The notes beneath the pieces are model-generated. The model was not told the DNA's origin. It did not search any database and saw only the letters and a program-made list of their open reading frames with translations. From Vampirovibrionales bacterium (lineage in GTDB: Bacteria > Cyanobacteriota > Vampirovibrionia > Vampirovibrionales > JAGQHJ01), in NCBI GenBank assembly GCA_025449835.1, contig JANWIO010000052.1:183-64182 (forward strand): 64,000 bases of DNA. The letters are read 5' to 3'. Numbering within the stretch: position 1 is the stretch's first letter; every line of letters starts with the position of its first letter. The translations under genes and the position numbers were made by a program. This document shows positions 9,774 to 19,150 of the stretch, piece by piece.

Positions 9774-10314
9774 TCCTTTCTGTTACGAGAAACAACCGTT
9801 CGGACAATTCCACAATTCGACAAGACTCATTTTTGCCCAGTCGAGTACCTTTTACAAGAAAAAAATCTTCAAAATCATGCCCATCGCGTTTGTAATGCAC
9901 GTCATAGATGTTGTATCCCATTATGGCCAGAATAGGATTGATAAAAATGTTATGAGTCTTCAGTGTCATCCAATACATGATGACCATAAAGAATGCAAAG
10001 CTCAGCAATAGCTTTATATCAGAGAGATTCAACACGAAAAAAGAAACCATATAGGGGATACTGTAATTAATCAGTTCCCCAGAGCGATTGGAGACTGAAA
10101 CAATTGTAATCGGAGGGGTAGATACTTTCATAAAGTGGACAGAAGCCCATATCACCAGACAACTGAGAGCTGCAAGTGCGAAGATGCTCAAAACCACCCA
10201 AGGGCTCGAGAACCAATGCGTTTTTGAGTCATAATCCTGTATCAGAAAGATGATTGAGAGCGGTGAATAGGCACTGATAAAGATAAGAATGGATGAGAGA
10301 AGTCGCAGCTTCAT
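9736..10314 (-). CDS. small multi-pass membrane protein (192 aa, 4-5 predicted TM helices); candidate KwaA-like defence component
   Basis: Hydrophobic segments LSSILIFISAYSPLSIIFLI, VVLSIFALAALSCLVIWA, SIPYMVSFFVLNL, LLLSFAFFMVIMYWMTL, INPILAIMGYNIY; ATGA overlap with the hsdS stop (10311-10314). Confidence 0.45.
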   Translation of the reverse strand: MKLRLLSSILIFISAYSPLSIIFLIQDYDSKTHWFSSPWVVLSIFALAALSCLVIWASVHFMKVSTPPITIVSVSNRSGELINYSIPYMVSFFVLNLSDIKLLLSFAFFMVIMYWMTLKTHNIFINPILAIMGYNIYDVHYKRDGHDFEDFFLVKGTRLGKNESCRIVELSERLFLVTERNGVDAPSITNTR

Positions 10315-11558
10315 ACAGCAGCCTCCACCAAGACTTCCGCTTCCCGAATTCTAATTTCGCCGCACATTAGCCTGGGGAGGAGCGTATCTCGAATTTTTGA
10401 GAGGTTTTGATTTTCTTCAAGTAAAGCTTCCATTTTTGCTCTAATCGGGCGTACAATCTTTTCGAATTCAATTAACGTAGCAGAGGGTGGTAAGATTGCC
10501 CTTAATTTGGGTATATTCTTCACATTAAGGGCTTCTAAAATTGTCCCCGTATCAATGTTTAAATACATTTCAGAATGATATGTATCCGAAAAGAAGTATT
10601 GGATCAAAAAAGTTGGATAAGGATAATCATTTTTAATTCGAATACCTGTCATATTTCTACCCAACGCAGCTTTTAAATTTGGTGGAATTTGAGCGACAGC
10701 ACCCACGCGACCTACGTTAGTAATGACACAATCACCTTGAGAAGCCTCTATTCTGGAAATCCACTTTTCATACTCCTCATTTGATATCCAAAATATTTTT
10801 GACATATCAAGTAGACCATTATCTTTTATATTGTTGAGCTGAAGTAAGGGTTTTCCTTCATTTTGATACTCGGGTTTTTTAGTATGAAGGCAGTCAATAA
10901 TGTCACAAAAACTACCTAGCTCCCAAACTTCCCAACCTTTTGGAATCTCTCCCAGTTCGCTCTCTTCAAATCCATCTGGAAACAAGGCAGCAATCTCTTG
11001 AGCCAAGCCCTGTGGTTGACGACCTTCGGCTTTGGCTCGCACGGGATCAAAATCGACAAACCAGCTTTTAAACAGCGCCCGGGCAATGCCCTCCAGCGTC
11101 TCATTCATCTTCCGGTTCAGTTCGATTTTATCGTCGAGGGCAGAGAGAACTTCAGCGATAGATTCTCTTTCACCTGACTCCGGAACTCTTACTTCAATAG
11201 AATTTAAAATACTTTGATTTAAAAGTGGCTGTCCAGACCCGGTTCTGTAATCATTTAGATTTAAGCTAGAAAGTAAGTAATACCAGTATTTAGATTGTTT
11301 TAAAGATGGAGTAATGCAAGCAATGGCATTATCAGTAACCCAGCACTTTTTAGCTGAATATTGAGTACTCCCACAATAAGAGCCAACACGACCTATAATT
11401 ATTGTACCTTCATCGGCATTTACGGAGTTAGCTTGGCCAATTACTCCATTAGAGCCAAAAACATTATAAATCCCATTTGAAGAACGATCTGGGGAGGTTT
11501 TACCATTCTTAAAATTGAGTTCTTTTTCTAATCTTATGGTTTTCCATTCACCATCCAT
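10311..11558 (-). CDS. hsdS: type I R-M specificity subunit (HsdS), two target-recognition domains
   Basis: 415 aa; bipartite architecture with the conserved central and C-terminal coiled spacer ([12 protein letters not shown]... / [16 protein letters not shown]); overlaps the hsdM end. Confidence 0.85.
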   Translation of the reverse strand: MDGEWKTIRLEKELNFKNGKTSPDRSSNGIYNVFGSNGVIGQANSVNADEGTIIIGRVGSYCGSTQYSAKKCWVTDNAIACITPSLKQSKYWYYLLSSLNLNDYRTGSGQPLLNQSILNSIEVRVPESGERESIAEVLSALDDKIELNRKMNETLEGIARALFKSWFVDFDPVRAKAEGRQPQGLAQEIAALFPDGFEESELGEIPKGWEVWELGSFCDIIDCLHTKKPEYQNEGKPLLQLNNIKDNGLLDMSKIFWISNEEYEKWISRIEASQGDCVITNVGRVGAVAQIPPNLKAALGRNMTGIRIKNDYPYPTFLIQYFFSDTYHSEMYLNIDTGTILEALNVKNIPKLRAILPPSATLIEFEKIVRPIRAKMEALLEENQNLSKIRDTLLPRLMCGEIRIREAEVLVEAAV

Positions 11559-13230
11559 AGCCCACTCTCCCTAACTGGTGTTTCAGGTTTTGAGCCATGG
11601 TGTCACTTTCAGCCGTTTGTTTCTTCAAGGTTTGGGTAAGTCGGGTCATCTTCTCGGAGAAAGGCTCGTCGTCCTCTTGCGCCTCAGCAGTGCCTACATA
11701 TCGGCCCGGTGTTAGCACATAATCATGGTGGCGTATTTCATCCAAAGTGGCACTTTTGCAAAAGCCGGAAATGTCTCGATAACAACCGTCAGGGAATTCA
11801 GTTTTGCATGAGTTATTTTGTTCATCAAGGTGATAAGGATCTTTGAGGGGTTCACCTCGCCAGGAATGGTAAGCATCGGCAATTTTGTAAATGTCCGCTT
11901 TGCTGAGATTCCTATGAACACGGTCTTCCAGATAGCCCAGTTTCCGAGCATCAATGAATAGAATTTCTCCTCGACGATCCCGGAGCTTGGCTTCCCCATT
12001 ATATGGATACTTGATCAGCCCATTGCTACGGTCTTTAGCTAAAAACCACAAGCACACCGGAATTTGCGTTGTATAGAATAATTGTCCTGGGAGAGCCACC
12101 ATACAATCAACCAGATTCTCTTCAATCAAGTTCTTACGAATCTCGCCTTCTCCGCTGGTGTTTGAACTCATTGAGCCATTAGCCAGCACAAATCCGGCAT
12201 ATCCTCTTGGTCCGAGATGAGACACCATGTGCTGTACCCATGCCATGTTGGCATTGCCTACAGGAGGGATACCAAATTTCCAGCGAGCATCCTCCCGTAA
12301 ATGCTGACCACCCCAATCACTGATGTTAAATGGCGGATTAGCAAGAATGAAATCTGCAAAGATATCTTTGTGGAGGTCATTGTGGAAGCTATCGGCATTC
12401 TGTTTACCAAGATCGGCATCGATACCCCGAATGGCTAGATTCATCTTACACAAACGCCAGGTAGTGGGGTTGCTTTCCTGACCATAAATAGAAATATCTT
12501 TTGTGTAACCACCGTGGACTTGAATAAATTTCTCGGATTGCACAAACATACCGCCGGAACCGCAGCAAGGGTCATATACACGGCCTTTGTAAGGCTCTAG
12601 CATTTCAACCAAAACTTGAACTACTGAAGGTGGCGTGTAGAATTCTCCACCACCTTTACCCTCAGCACTGGCAAAACGTCCCAGAAAGTATTCATAAACC
12701 CGGCCCAAAATATCCTGTTTGGGTTTATTTTTCTTGTCTTTGTCTTCCAACTGGGGATCTTGCTCCTTTTGAGCAATTAATTCCAGATTACTGATGAGAT
12801 CAATAAGTTCACCTAAACGCTGTTTGTCGAGTGTAGGACGGTTATAGTCCTTGGGTAAAACGCCCTTTAAAGAAACATTCTCTCGCTCAATAGCCACCAT
12901 GGCATCATCTACAAGTTTCCCGATTTCCGGCAGCTTAGCTTTCTCTAATAAGGATTGCCATCGAGCCTCTTTTGGAACCCAAAAGACATTTTCTGCAAGA
13001 TATTCATCCCGATGTTCCGGGTCTGCACCTTCGGCTTCCTGTGCCTTTAGCTTTTGATATTGCTCATCAAATGCGTCGGAGATGTACTTCAGGAAGATCA
13101 AGCCCAAGGCCACATGCTTGTATTCGGCTGGATCCATGTGGCCACGCATCTTGTCTGCCGTCAGCCAAAGCTGCTGCTCGAACCCAAGCATAGCGGTTTT
13201 ATTCTGTTTGGATGTTTTACTAGGAGGCAT
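11548..13230 (-). CDS. hsdM: type I R-M N6-adenine DNA methyltransferase subunit (HsdM)
   Basis: HsdM N-terminal domain ([14 protein letters not shown]...); SAM-binding site [12 protein letters not shown]; catalytic NPPF ([13 protein letters not shown]). Confidence 0.9.
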   Translation of the reverse strand: MPPSKTSKQNKTAMLGFEQQLWLTADKMRGHMDPAEYKHVALGLIFLKYISDAFDEQYQKLKAQEAEGADPEHRDEYLAENVFWVPKEARWQSLLEKAKLPEIGKLVDDAMVAIERENVSLKGVLPKDYNRPTLDKQRLGELIDLISNLELIAQKEQDPQLEDKDKKNKPKQDILGRVYEYFLGRFASAEGKGGGEFYTPPSVVQVLVEMLEPYKGRVYDPCCGSGGMFVQSEKFIQVHGGYTKDISIYGQESNPTTWRLCKMNLAIRGIDADLGKQNADSFHNDLHKDIFADFILANPPFNISDWGGQHLREDARWKFGIPPVGNANMAWVQHMVSHLGPRGYAGFVLANGSMSSNTSGEGEIRKNLIEENLVDCMVALPGQLFYTTQIPVCLWFLAKDRSNGLIKYPYNGEAKLRDRRGEILFIDARKLGYLEDRVHRNLSKADIYKIADAYHSWRGEPLKDPYHLDEQNNSCKTEFPDGCYRDISGFCKSATLDEIRHHDYVLTPGRYVGTAEAQEDDEPFSEKMTRLTQTLKKQTAESDTMAQNLKHQLGRVGYGW

Positions 13231-13321
13231 AGTTCACTCTCTTCTTAACATTCATCGGTTTTGTGATTCAACGCTATTTTATGACAAAAAAACGATCCTA
13301 TCATTTTTATGTGCAAGAGCC

Positions 13322-14608
13322 TTATTGTTGCATAACAGAATTGTCTTTCAGGTGTTTCCGATGCAACCAAACCATCATTCTTGTTTGTCGAGTTAAGGAT
13401 AGATGCTGTGTTTGCTGCATGAACTGGTTTAAAGGTTTCACCATGGCCAGTGCTTTTATAGCCCCACGCTCCAACATGTTGACAGGAATGGGATAACCTA
13501 AAACCTCTTTTACCGAATCCTGGACTAATCGTTGACAGTAGTCTACTGATACTGGTAATCCTCTTTTGATTGCGTAAGTGGAGGTAAATAAAAAAGGGTA
13601 GTTTGTTTGCTTTTGACGTGTTTTCAAGAATCTTAGCCATAGGGAAGCAAGCCATTGTGACGAAAGATCAATACAAAACACCCGTTCAGACCTCCCTAAA
13701 CGAGTTGGTTTTTGCTCTTGATAGGATAAAATGGCCTTTTCTTTATCATTTAACTCGATTAAAGGCAATGCCTTTAAAGGTAGTCCATAACCCATGATGA
13801 GAATTAGCATCAATGAAACGGTTAAAGAGAGTTTGTTTTGTTCAATAGCTTGCCATAGTTGGTTAATTTCGTCCTGAGTTGCTGAATAACTTATTCCTAA
13901 AGACTGATGGGACCTAATCGTAAAGTTTGGAACAGAGAAAGAACCATCTAGGGATTTGTAGTAGTGAAATAAAGGCTTTAGATTGGAGAGGATACGCTTT
14001 TTTGAGATTGGTTTGGAGTGAGGATATACATTCATCAGGTAAGTTTGGAGTTCCAAATGGGTAACGGCTTTTAAAGATGTAACTCCGCTTTCTTTCATCC
14101 AAATTTGAAAATGTTTTAATCCCAAAATACAGTCATAAACGCTACGGGAGGAGAACATATTTTCAAGTAGCCAATCGATATAATTACTGACAAAGCCTTG
14201 CTCTAAAGCTGAGAACCCTTGGACAATCCGCCACGTTTTTACCCACTGTCTTTTTTCAATAGGGGTAGCTTCACCATGGCCATGGCGACAAAAGAGTAAA
14301 TATAACCAACTGAGATCATACTGGATCTGCTTGCCGGGTATCTGTGGGCAGGCATGTCTCAAATAGACCTCTGCCTCGGCTAAACTTTTTGGGTTTGGAA
14401 TTTTGGGAATTTGAGCAAGGTCACCCAGCGCAATTAAAGTCTTAGTATGCTTGATATCGTAAGTGGTCAACCCTGACTCATGAGAAATAAACTCATATAC
14501 TGTCAATAATAAGGTTTTGTTCTGAATCCTTTGTGATGGAAACAATACCTCAATTCCATACCTTAAGCGTTCGAAATAATCCACCAAGTAATCGGGTAGC
14601 CGTTCCAT
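13322..14608 (-). CDS. phage-integrase-family-like protein, divergent (core-binding-like N region; catalytic R/H/R/Y not all evident)
   Basis: 428 aa; the segment LELQTYLMNVYPHSKPISKKRILSNLKPLFHYY resembles tyrosine-recombinase core-binding domains; lies in a same-strand array with the bona fide recombinase upstream. Confidence 0.4.
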   Translation of the reverse strand: MERLPDYLVDYFERLRYGIEVLFPSQRIQNKTLLLTVYEFISHESGLTTYDIKHTKTLIALGDLAQIPKIPNPKSLAEAEVYLRHACPQIPGKQIQYDLSWLYLLFCRHGHGEATPIEKRQWVKTWRIVQGFSALEQGFVSNYIDWLLENMFSSRSVYDCILGLKHFQIWMKESGVTSLKAVTHLELQTYLMNVYPHSKPISKKRILSNLKPLFHYYKSLDGSFSVPNFTIRSHQSLGISYSATQDEINQLWQAIEQNKLSLTVSLMLILIMGYGLPLKALPLIELNDKEKAILSYQEQKPTRLGRSERVFCIDLSSQWLASLWLRFLKTRQKQTNYPFLFTSTYAIKRGLPVSVDYCQRLVQDSVKEVLGYPIPVNMLERGAIKALAMVKPLNQFMQQTQHLSLTRQTRMMVWLHRKHLKDNSVMQQ

Positions 14609-14928
14609 TACAAGTACCTCAGTGGGTCATCGAAGATGATAGCTGGATTATCAGGAACCTTACGAAACGGATGGATAATTTTACCACCTTGTCGGCCATG
14701 GTGACTCGGTGTCACCTGAAGATAGGTGCTTAAAGGTAATTGTAATAAATCACACAAGATTTGCGCCGTTTGTAATTTGAGCTCATGAGGTTGTTTGGAT
14801 AAGAGCTTTCTTAAAGCCTGTGGACTAATTGATATTCCCAATTCTGCCTTTAGGGCCTCATGCAGTTGATTGCCGTTGGCGATACCTTTGGCTTCCAGAC
14901 AATCTTTTAAGCGCCATATCAAGGGCAT
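14608..14928 (-). CDS. small protein (106 aa), possible HTH DNA-binding, between the two recombinase-family genes
   Basis: The segment GNQLHEALKAELGISISPQALRKLL is HTH-like; start and stop are tightly packed against the neighbours. Confidence 0.35.
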   Translation of the reverse strand: MPLIWRLKDCLEAKGIANGNQLHEALKAELGISISPQALRKLLSKQPHELKLQTAQILCDLLQLPLSTYLQVTPSHHGRQGGKIIHPFRKVPDNPAIIFDDPLRYL

Positions 14929-14931
14929 TAA

Positions 14932-16011
14932 TCAGCACCCCAATGGGTATAACGGCAATAGATTTGATGGGGTCTTATCCTTGGAATAACCCAAGTAATG
15001 AGAAGCCGTTGATACAAAACTCCATCCAGTTATAAGCATTAGGCTTTTGATATCTCCACCTTGTTCTAAGTAGAGTGTTGCAAATGTCCTACGAAGGGCA
15101 TGCCAACCAAACCCTGAAAAAATGCTAATATCAAAGTCTGATTCTTGAATCTCTCTCAGCAATTGCCTCATCCATTGCCCGGCGGTATGAGTGCTTAATC
15201 TTTCCCCTTTTACGCTTTGGAAAAGAGGAGCTTTCCGTTCCCGAGGAAACTGTCTCAAAAAATTTTGCAGGGTTGCTTTTGCCAATGGGGATATTGGAAC
15301 TTCTCGCTTACGATAACCTGAGCCACAATTCCCTTTACCTCGGACAACCAGGCAAACGTTATCTAAAAGATTCAAGTATTGTATTTCAAGTCCAAGGATT
15401 TCATTGAGTCTTAATCCCATCTCCCCACCAATAACGCACATTAAATGGATTTGGCAGGCCTTCAATAATTCATATCCTTTGAGATTAGAGTTAATACGAC
15501 TCCATGTGTAACGCAAAAAACGCTTGTATTCGGTGGCGGTTAAATAATTACTGTTGGATTTCTGTTCATGGCTTTTTTTAGGGATAGTATAGCGATTCAC
15601 AGGTGATTGAATCGGACCATAAATGGAAGGCAGGTAAAGCGATTTTTGGCCTGTAACATGGATTGTCAGATTTTCTTGTAAAAAAATGCAATAACGTTCA
15701 ATGGCTTTAAGACAGGCGGTTGCTCTTGTTTTTGGAGAAATATCCCGATAACAGGATTCGACGATTTTAGAAGCCAATAGCGGGTTTCCAATATCAAAGG
15801 TATCCACGGGACGTTGAATACTTGGAATTTTTTCATCATTGATTTGTACTTGCTGAAAAACATCATTCAATCGACGAAATTGTTGTTCTCGATATCGCTT
15901 GGTTAGGTTGCGATGATAGAAGCTCGCTTCGTATGCGCTTAAAGCCAGTTGATGGTGTAAAGGACGATCAACCTGATAAACATCTGGTGTGGTTTGAACA
16001 GAACTTATCAT
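14932..16011 (-). CDS. tyrosine site-specific recombinase (XerC/D-like)
   Basis: Catalytic signature GLRLNE (R), VRGKGN (K), GWHALRRTFAT (HxxR), GWSFVSTASHYL (Y). Confidence 0.8.
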   Translation of the reverse strand: MISSVQTTPDVYQVDRPLHHQLALSAYEASFYHRNLTKRYREQQFRRLNDVFQQVQINDEKIPSIQRPVDTFDIGNPLLASKIVESCYRDISPKTRATACLKAIERYCIFLQENLTIHVTGQKSLYLPSIYGPIQSPVNRYTIPKKSHEQKSNSNYLTATEYKRFLRYTWSRINSNLKGYELLKACQIHLMCVIGGEMGLRLNEILGLEIQYLNLLDNVCLVVRGKGNCGSGYRKREVPISPLAKATLQNFLRQFPRERKAPLFQSVKGERLSTHTAGQWMRQLLREIQESDFDISIFSGFGWHALRRTFATLYLEQGGDIKSLMLITGWSFVSTASHYLGYSKDKTPSNLLPLYPLGC

Positions 16012-16191
16012 TGCTTTATCTCATTATGGAAACTGAAGGTTTCTTTATCTATGGCAACCCATGGTTTCTCAAGGTTCAGAAACTAACAGAACAGAACTTC
16101 TTGCTTTTAGGCAACTGATGGATTTTGAGTAGAAGCCACAGAATTTTGTTGTAGTCTTTAATCTACTTGAGCAGGTAGCTTTTTGTTGTGG

Positions 16192-16563
16192 TTATTGGGA
16201 CCCCTTGATTTGTCGTCTTATTAGTGTGTTGGTTCTTAGGTTATTTTCAATCCAGAGATTTAAATCGCTCATCCGATAGCGAACATTCCTTCCTAGTTTG
16301 ACGAACTTTGGCCCATCACCCCGCATTCGACCTTGACGCAGCCAAGCGCACGAGCAACTTAAGACTATTGCAGCCTCTTTTTCGTTTAAAAGCTTCTCGT
16401 CAGTACCCGTATTAGGCGGTACTTCATCTGGTTTTACTGAGGGCTTCTCAACCTTTTCAGGTTTTGAGTAACTCTTTATCGCAGATTCCAGATCAGACAA
16501 TGCCATTTTCAGGTATTTTTCTAGGCTTTTGAGCAGAAAAAGCTTTTCTTCGTTTTCAAGCAT
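16192..16563 (-). CDS. AlpA/HTH_17-like DNA-binding protein (123 aa), excisionase/regulator candidate
   Basis: C-terminus AAIVLSCSCAWLRQGRMRGDGPKFVKLGRNVRYRMSDLNLWIE fits the AlpA-type winged HTH. Confidence 0.5.
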   Translation of the reverse strand: MLENEEKLFLLKSLEKYLKMALSDLESAIKSYSKPEKVEKPSVKPDEVPPNTGTDEKLLNEKEAAIVLSCSCAWLRQGRMRGDGPKFVKLGRNVRYRMSDLNLWIENNLRTNTLIRRQIKGSQ

Positions 16564-16789
16564 TGTTCAGCCCCCTGGATTGAGCTGTACTCGTGGCTTT
16601 ACCCTTAGCGTTAAGCCATTTATCTAGATCCTCTCGATAATAAAAAATCCTTCCTCGCTTAATAAATTCTGGCCCAGTACCCTGACATCTCATCATTGCT
16701 AGAGTCTTTTCAGATAATCCTAGGTAGGACGCAGCATTTTTAGTATCTAAACGGCCATCTGGAAATGTTGATATGCTTATGGAGTCCAT
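16556..16789 (-). CDS. AlpA-family excisionase/transcriptional regulator candidate (77 aa)
   Basis: AASYLGLSEKTLAMMRCQGTGPEFIKRGRIFYYREDLDKWL is the AlpA/Xis-like HTH; overlaps the downstream paralogue by 8 nt. Confidence 0.55.
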   Translation of the reverse strand: MDSISISTFPDGRLDTKNAASYLGLSEKTLAMMRCQGTGPEFIKRGRIFYYREDLDKWLNAKGKATSTAQSRGLNNA

Positions 16790-16911
16790 ATATACGCCTC
16801 TCTGCCAATTAATACATAAATATAGAGAATAAAGTAATTATTTAGAATACAATAAACTAGTTATTGACAGATTGCAATATTTAGGGAGAAAATAGAACTT
16901 GATAGAACTAG

Positions 16912-17709
16912 ATGGAGAAAGCAATGCCTCGAAAGCCATTGAAAGAGGGACAACCCAAGGTTGAAGCCCTGACGATGCGAATTAGCCCCAAAATGAAATT
17001 TGGGCTTGATCTCCTTTGTAGAAAGCAACACCGAAATCTTACCTCTGTGATGGAGTGGGCTCTAGAGAAAGCTTTAAAAGATATCAATGATGGATTGGCA
17101 ATGGAAATCGAGACATTAGATGGGCGTACAAAGCTTGTTCCAGCTCTGGATAGGCTTTGGCACACTGAAGAATGTGGAAGACTTGCCAATATAGCATTCT
17201 ATTGGCCAAGTTTGCTAACCTATGAAGAAGACTATATATGGCAAATTATCTCTAAAAATGCCTACTATTGGCGGGTTAGGGAATACGAATCTGAGATAAA
17301 TTCCCAAAAACGCAACAGTTTAACCTGGGCTCCAATTCCAGGATTGCTTCTGATTGATAAGGTTAGACAGGATTGGCCAATCCTAAAAAAAATTCGTGAT
17401 GAGCAAAGTGATCCGCTTATACTACCTTATTTTGTCCCTGGGGAACAACCAGAGCCACCAGAGTGGTTCTCAATCGAGAAAAATACAATTCCAAGCAATT
17501 TGCTAAACAAGCTGGATATCGTAAAAGTTAAGATTTTCCCCTCTCAGGATACTCAAGAAATGAAGTATAAACATGAACACAATAACCAAATCAAAACTCT
17601 TATAGAAACTTTGGAATTAAAACTTGGGAATACGACAGAAGCAGAGGAGCTTATTGAGGAAATTACTGAACGTCTTGAGCAATCTCCCCCATATTATTAT
17701 CGATACTAA
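16912..17709 (+). CDS. hypothetical island protein (265 aa), possible N-terminal ribbon-helix-helix
   Basis: ORF immediately upstream of the integrase on the same strand; no recognised domain. Confidence 0.45.
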   Translation: MEKAMPRKPLKEGQPKVEALTMRISPKMKFGLDLLCRKQHRNLTSVMEWALEKALKDINDGLAMEIETLDGRTKLVPALDRLWHTEECGRLANIAFYWPSLLTYEEDYIWQIISKNAYYWRVREYESEINSQKRNSLTWAPIPGLLLIDKVRQDWPILKKIRDEQSDPLILPYFVPGEQPEPPEWFSIEKNTIPSNLLNKLDIVKVKIFPSQDTQEMKYKHEHNNQIKTLIETLELKLGNTTEAEELIEEITERLEQSPPYYYRY

Positions 17710-17724
17710 AGAGACTTTATACTT

Positions 17725-19023
17725 ATGTCCCAAAAATTTACGAAACTGACCCGAATCAATCTCCGAAAGCTGCAACCCGGCCAGCGGTTAAATGAACATG
17801 GCATTATTTTTGAGCGCCTTGCAGATGGAGATGGTCGGTACAGCATTAACATAATGGTTGATGGGGTGCGGATCCACCGGTCTGTAGGCAAGGAGTCCGA
17901 GGGAGTAACACTGACACAGGCACAGGAATTGGTCGAAAAACTAAAAACGGATGCCAGAATGGGGCGGTTAAACCTACCCAAGAACAGAAAAACCTATTTA
18001 AGATTTGAGGAAGCTGCCAACAAGTATCTTGCAAAGCTTGGAGAAGAAGCGGGCAAAGATATCCCTCGGAAAAAGCAGCGTCTAGATCTTTATTTGATAC
18101 CCTTTTTCAAAGGTAAACCTCTGGATAAGATTACCAATTTTGACGTTGAACGGTATAAAAAGGTTCGCATTGATGCCAAGGCATCCAATGGAACCATTAA
18201 CAGGGAGTTGTCCACCTTATCACATCTTCTCAATAAGGCGATGGAATGGGGTTGGATTCATCATAGACCCTGTCAGATAAGGCGCCTAAAAGAGAACAGA
18301 GGTCGGATTGAATGGCTGACCAAAGAAGAGGTACAGAAGCTCCTGAAAGCAGCGAAAGTGGATGATTTCCCTTATGTTTACCCATTTATAGTCATTGCAC
18401 TTGAAACAGCGATGCGACGCATGGAGATTCTTTCTATTGAGATCGAGAATATCAATTTTGAGAAGCGGACGATCTATATCCCCAAAGCAAAAGCCGGAGC
18501 GAGAGAGGCATATATCAGTGAAAACCTTGAGAAATTCTTGAAAAATTACATTGAGCAAACAGTCAAACCTGGACAAAAATGGTTGTTCCCTACAGCAAAT
18601 CAAAAATTGTCTTCTACCGGACATCTGATGAATATCGAAAGACCATTTCGGCGTGTTGTTAAAACTGCCGGACTGGATGCTGCTAAAGTGGTACGTCATA
18701 CATTAAGGCATACCGCCATCAGTCACTTAGTACAAGCAGGGATTGATCTTCCAACGGTAAAGAGAATCTCCGGGCACAAAACGTTGCAAATGGTGGAGCG
18801 ATACAGCCACCAAAATCAGGAGCATATTCAGTTCGCATTAAAACGGCTGGACGATCGCTATCCGATCTTTGATGAAAGCAGCAGTCCAGATTACACCAAA
18901 ATTACACAAAACAAAAAAAATAAGCCTTCAAAGAAACAGCGAAAACCCTTATCTAAGAAGAGTGGCCCCAGTAGGATTCGAACCTACAACCAAGCGATTA
19001 TGAGTCGCCTGCTCCACCATTGA
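17725..19023 (+). CDS. int: P4-type tyrosine integrase (DUF4102/arm-binding N-terminus), 3' end overlapping tRNA-Met
   Basis: 432 aa; N-terminus LTRINLRKLQPGQRLNEHGI... arm-type; catalytic region RHTLRHTAISHLVQAGIDLPTVKRISGHKTLQMVERYSH (HxxR...Y). Confidence 0.9.
   Translation: MSQKFTKLTRINLRKLQPGQRLNEHGIIFERLADGDGRYSINIMVDGVRIHRSVGKESEGVTLTQAQELVEKLKTDARMGRLNLPKNRKTYLRFEEAANKYLAKLGEEAGKDIPRKKQRLDLYLIPFFKGKPLDKITNFDVERYKKVRIDAKASNGTINRELSTLSHLLNKAMEWGWIHHRPCQIRRLKENRGRIEWLTKEEVQKLLKAAKVDDFPYVYPFIVIALETAMRRMEILSIEIENINFEKRTIYIPKAKAGAREAYISENLEKFLKNYIEQTVKPGQKWLFPTANQKLSSTGHLMNIERPFRRVVKTAGLDAAKVVRHTLRHTAISHLVQAGIDLPTVKRISGHKTLQMVERYSHQNQEHIQFALKRLDDRYPIFDESSSPDYTKITQNKKNKPSKKQRKPLSKKSGPSRIRTYNQAIMSRLLHH
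18961..19005. repeat. 45-bp direct repeat (attL-like) within the intact tRNA-Met
   Basis: Identical to 4006-4050. Confidence 0.85.
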
Positions 19024-19034
19024 GCTATAGGGCC
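18963..19034 (-). tRNA. tRNA-Met (anticodon CAT; could also be initiator or the lysidine-modified Ile2 type)
   Basis: The reverse complement GGCCCTATAGCTCAATGGTGGAGCAGGCGACTCATAATCGCTTGGTTGTAGGTTCGAATCCTACTGGGGCCA folds as a cloverleaf with anticodon loop CTCATAA and T-loop GGTTCGAATCC. Confidence 0.85.
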
Positions 19035-19150
19035 ACCAAAACAATATGGCTATTGTACCGTGATTTTCACGGTTCACCAAGACACAACTTGAGGCTTTAC
19101 CGCTGACCTTGATTTGAAAGCATTGGCCCTCTTGGTGCTTTGCAGAATCT

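Larger units (their letters stand above)
4006..19005. mobile_element. tRNA-Met-inserted integrative genomic island (about 15 kb) carrying type I R-M, accessory defence candidates, a Fic protein and recombinases
   Basis: Flanking 45-bp direct repeats derived from a tRNA, with a tyrosine integrase next to the intact tRNA; the cargo is typical of defence islands. Confidence 0.7.

Noticed and set aside
12851-13396. Several small + strand ORFs overlapping the hsdM 5' end and upstream region
   Set aside because: They overlap the conserved HsdM N-terminus, have no RBS, and are Cys/Arg-rich nonsense products.
16864-16905. Possible sigma70 promoter (TTGACA at 16864) upstream of 16912..17709
   Set aside because: No convincing -10 element at 17 +/- 1 bp spacing. 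It is left unannotated.
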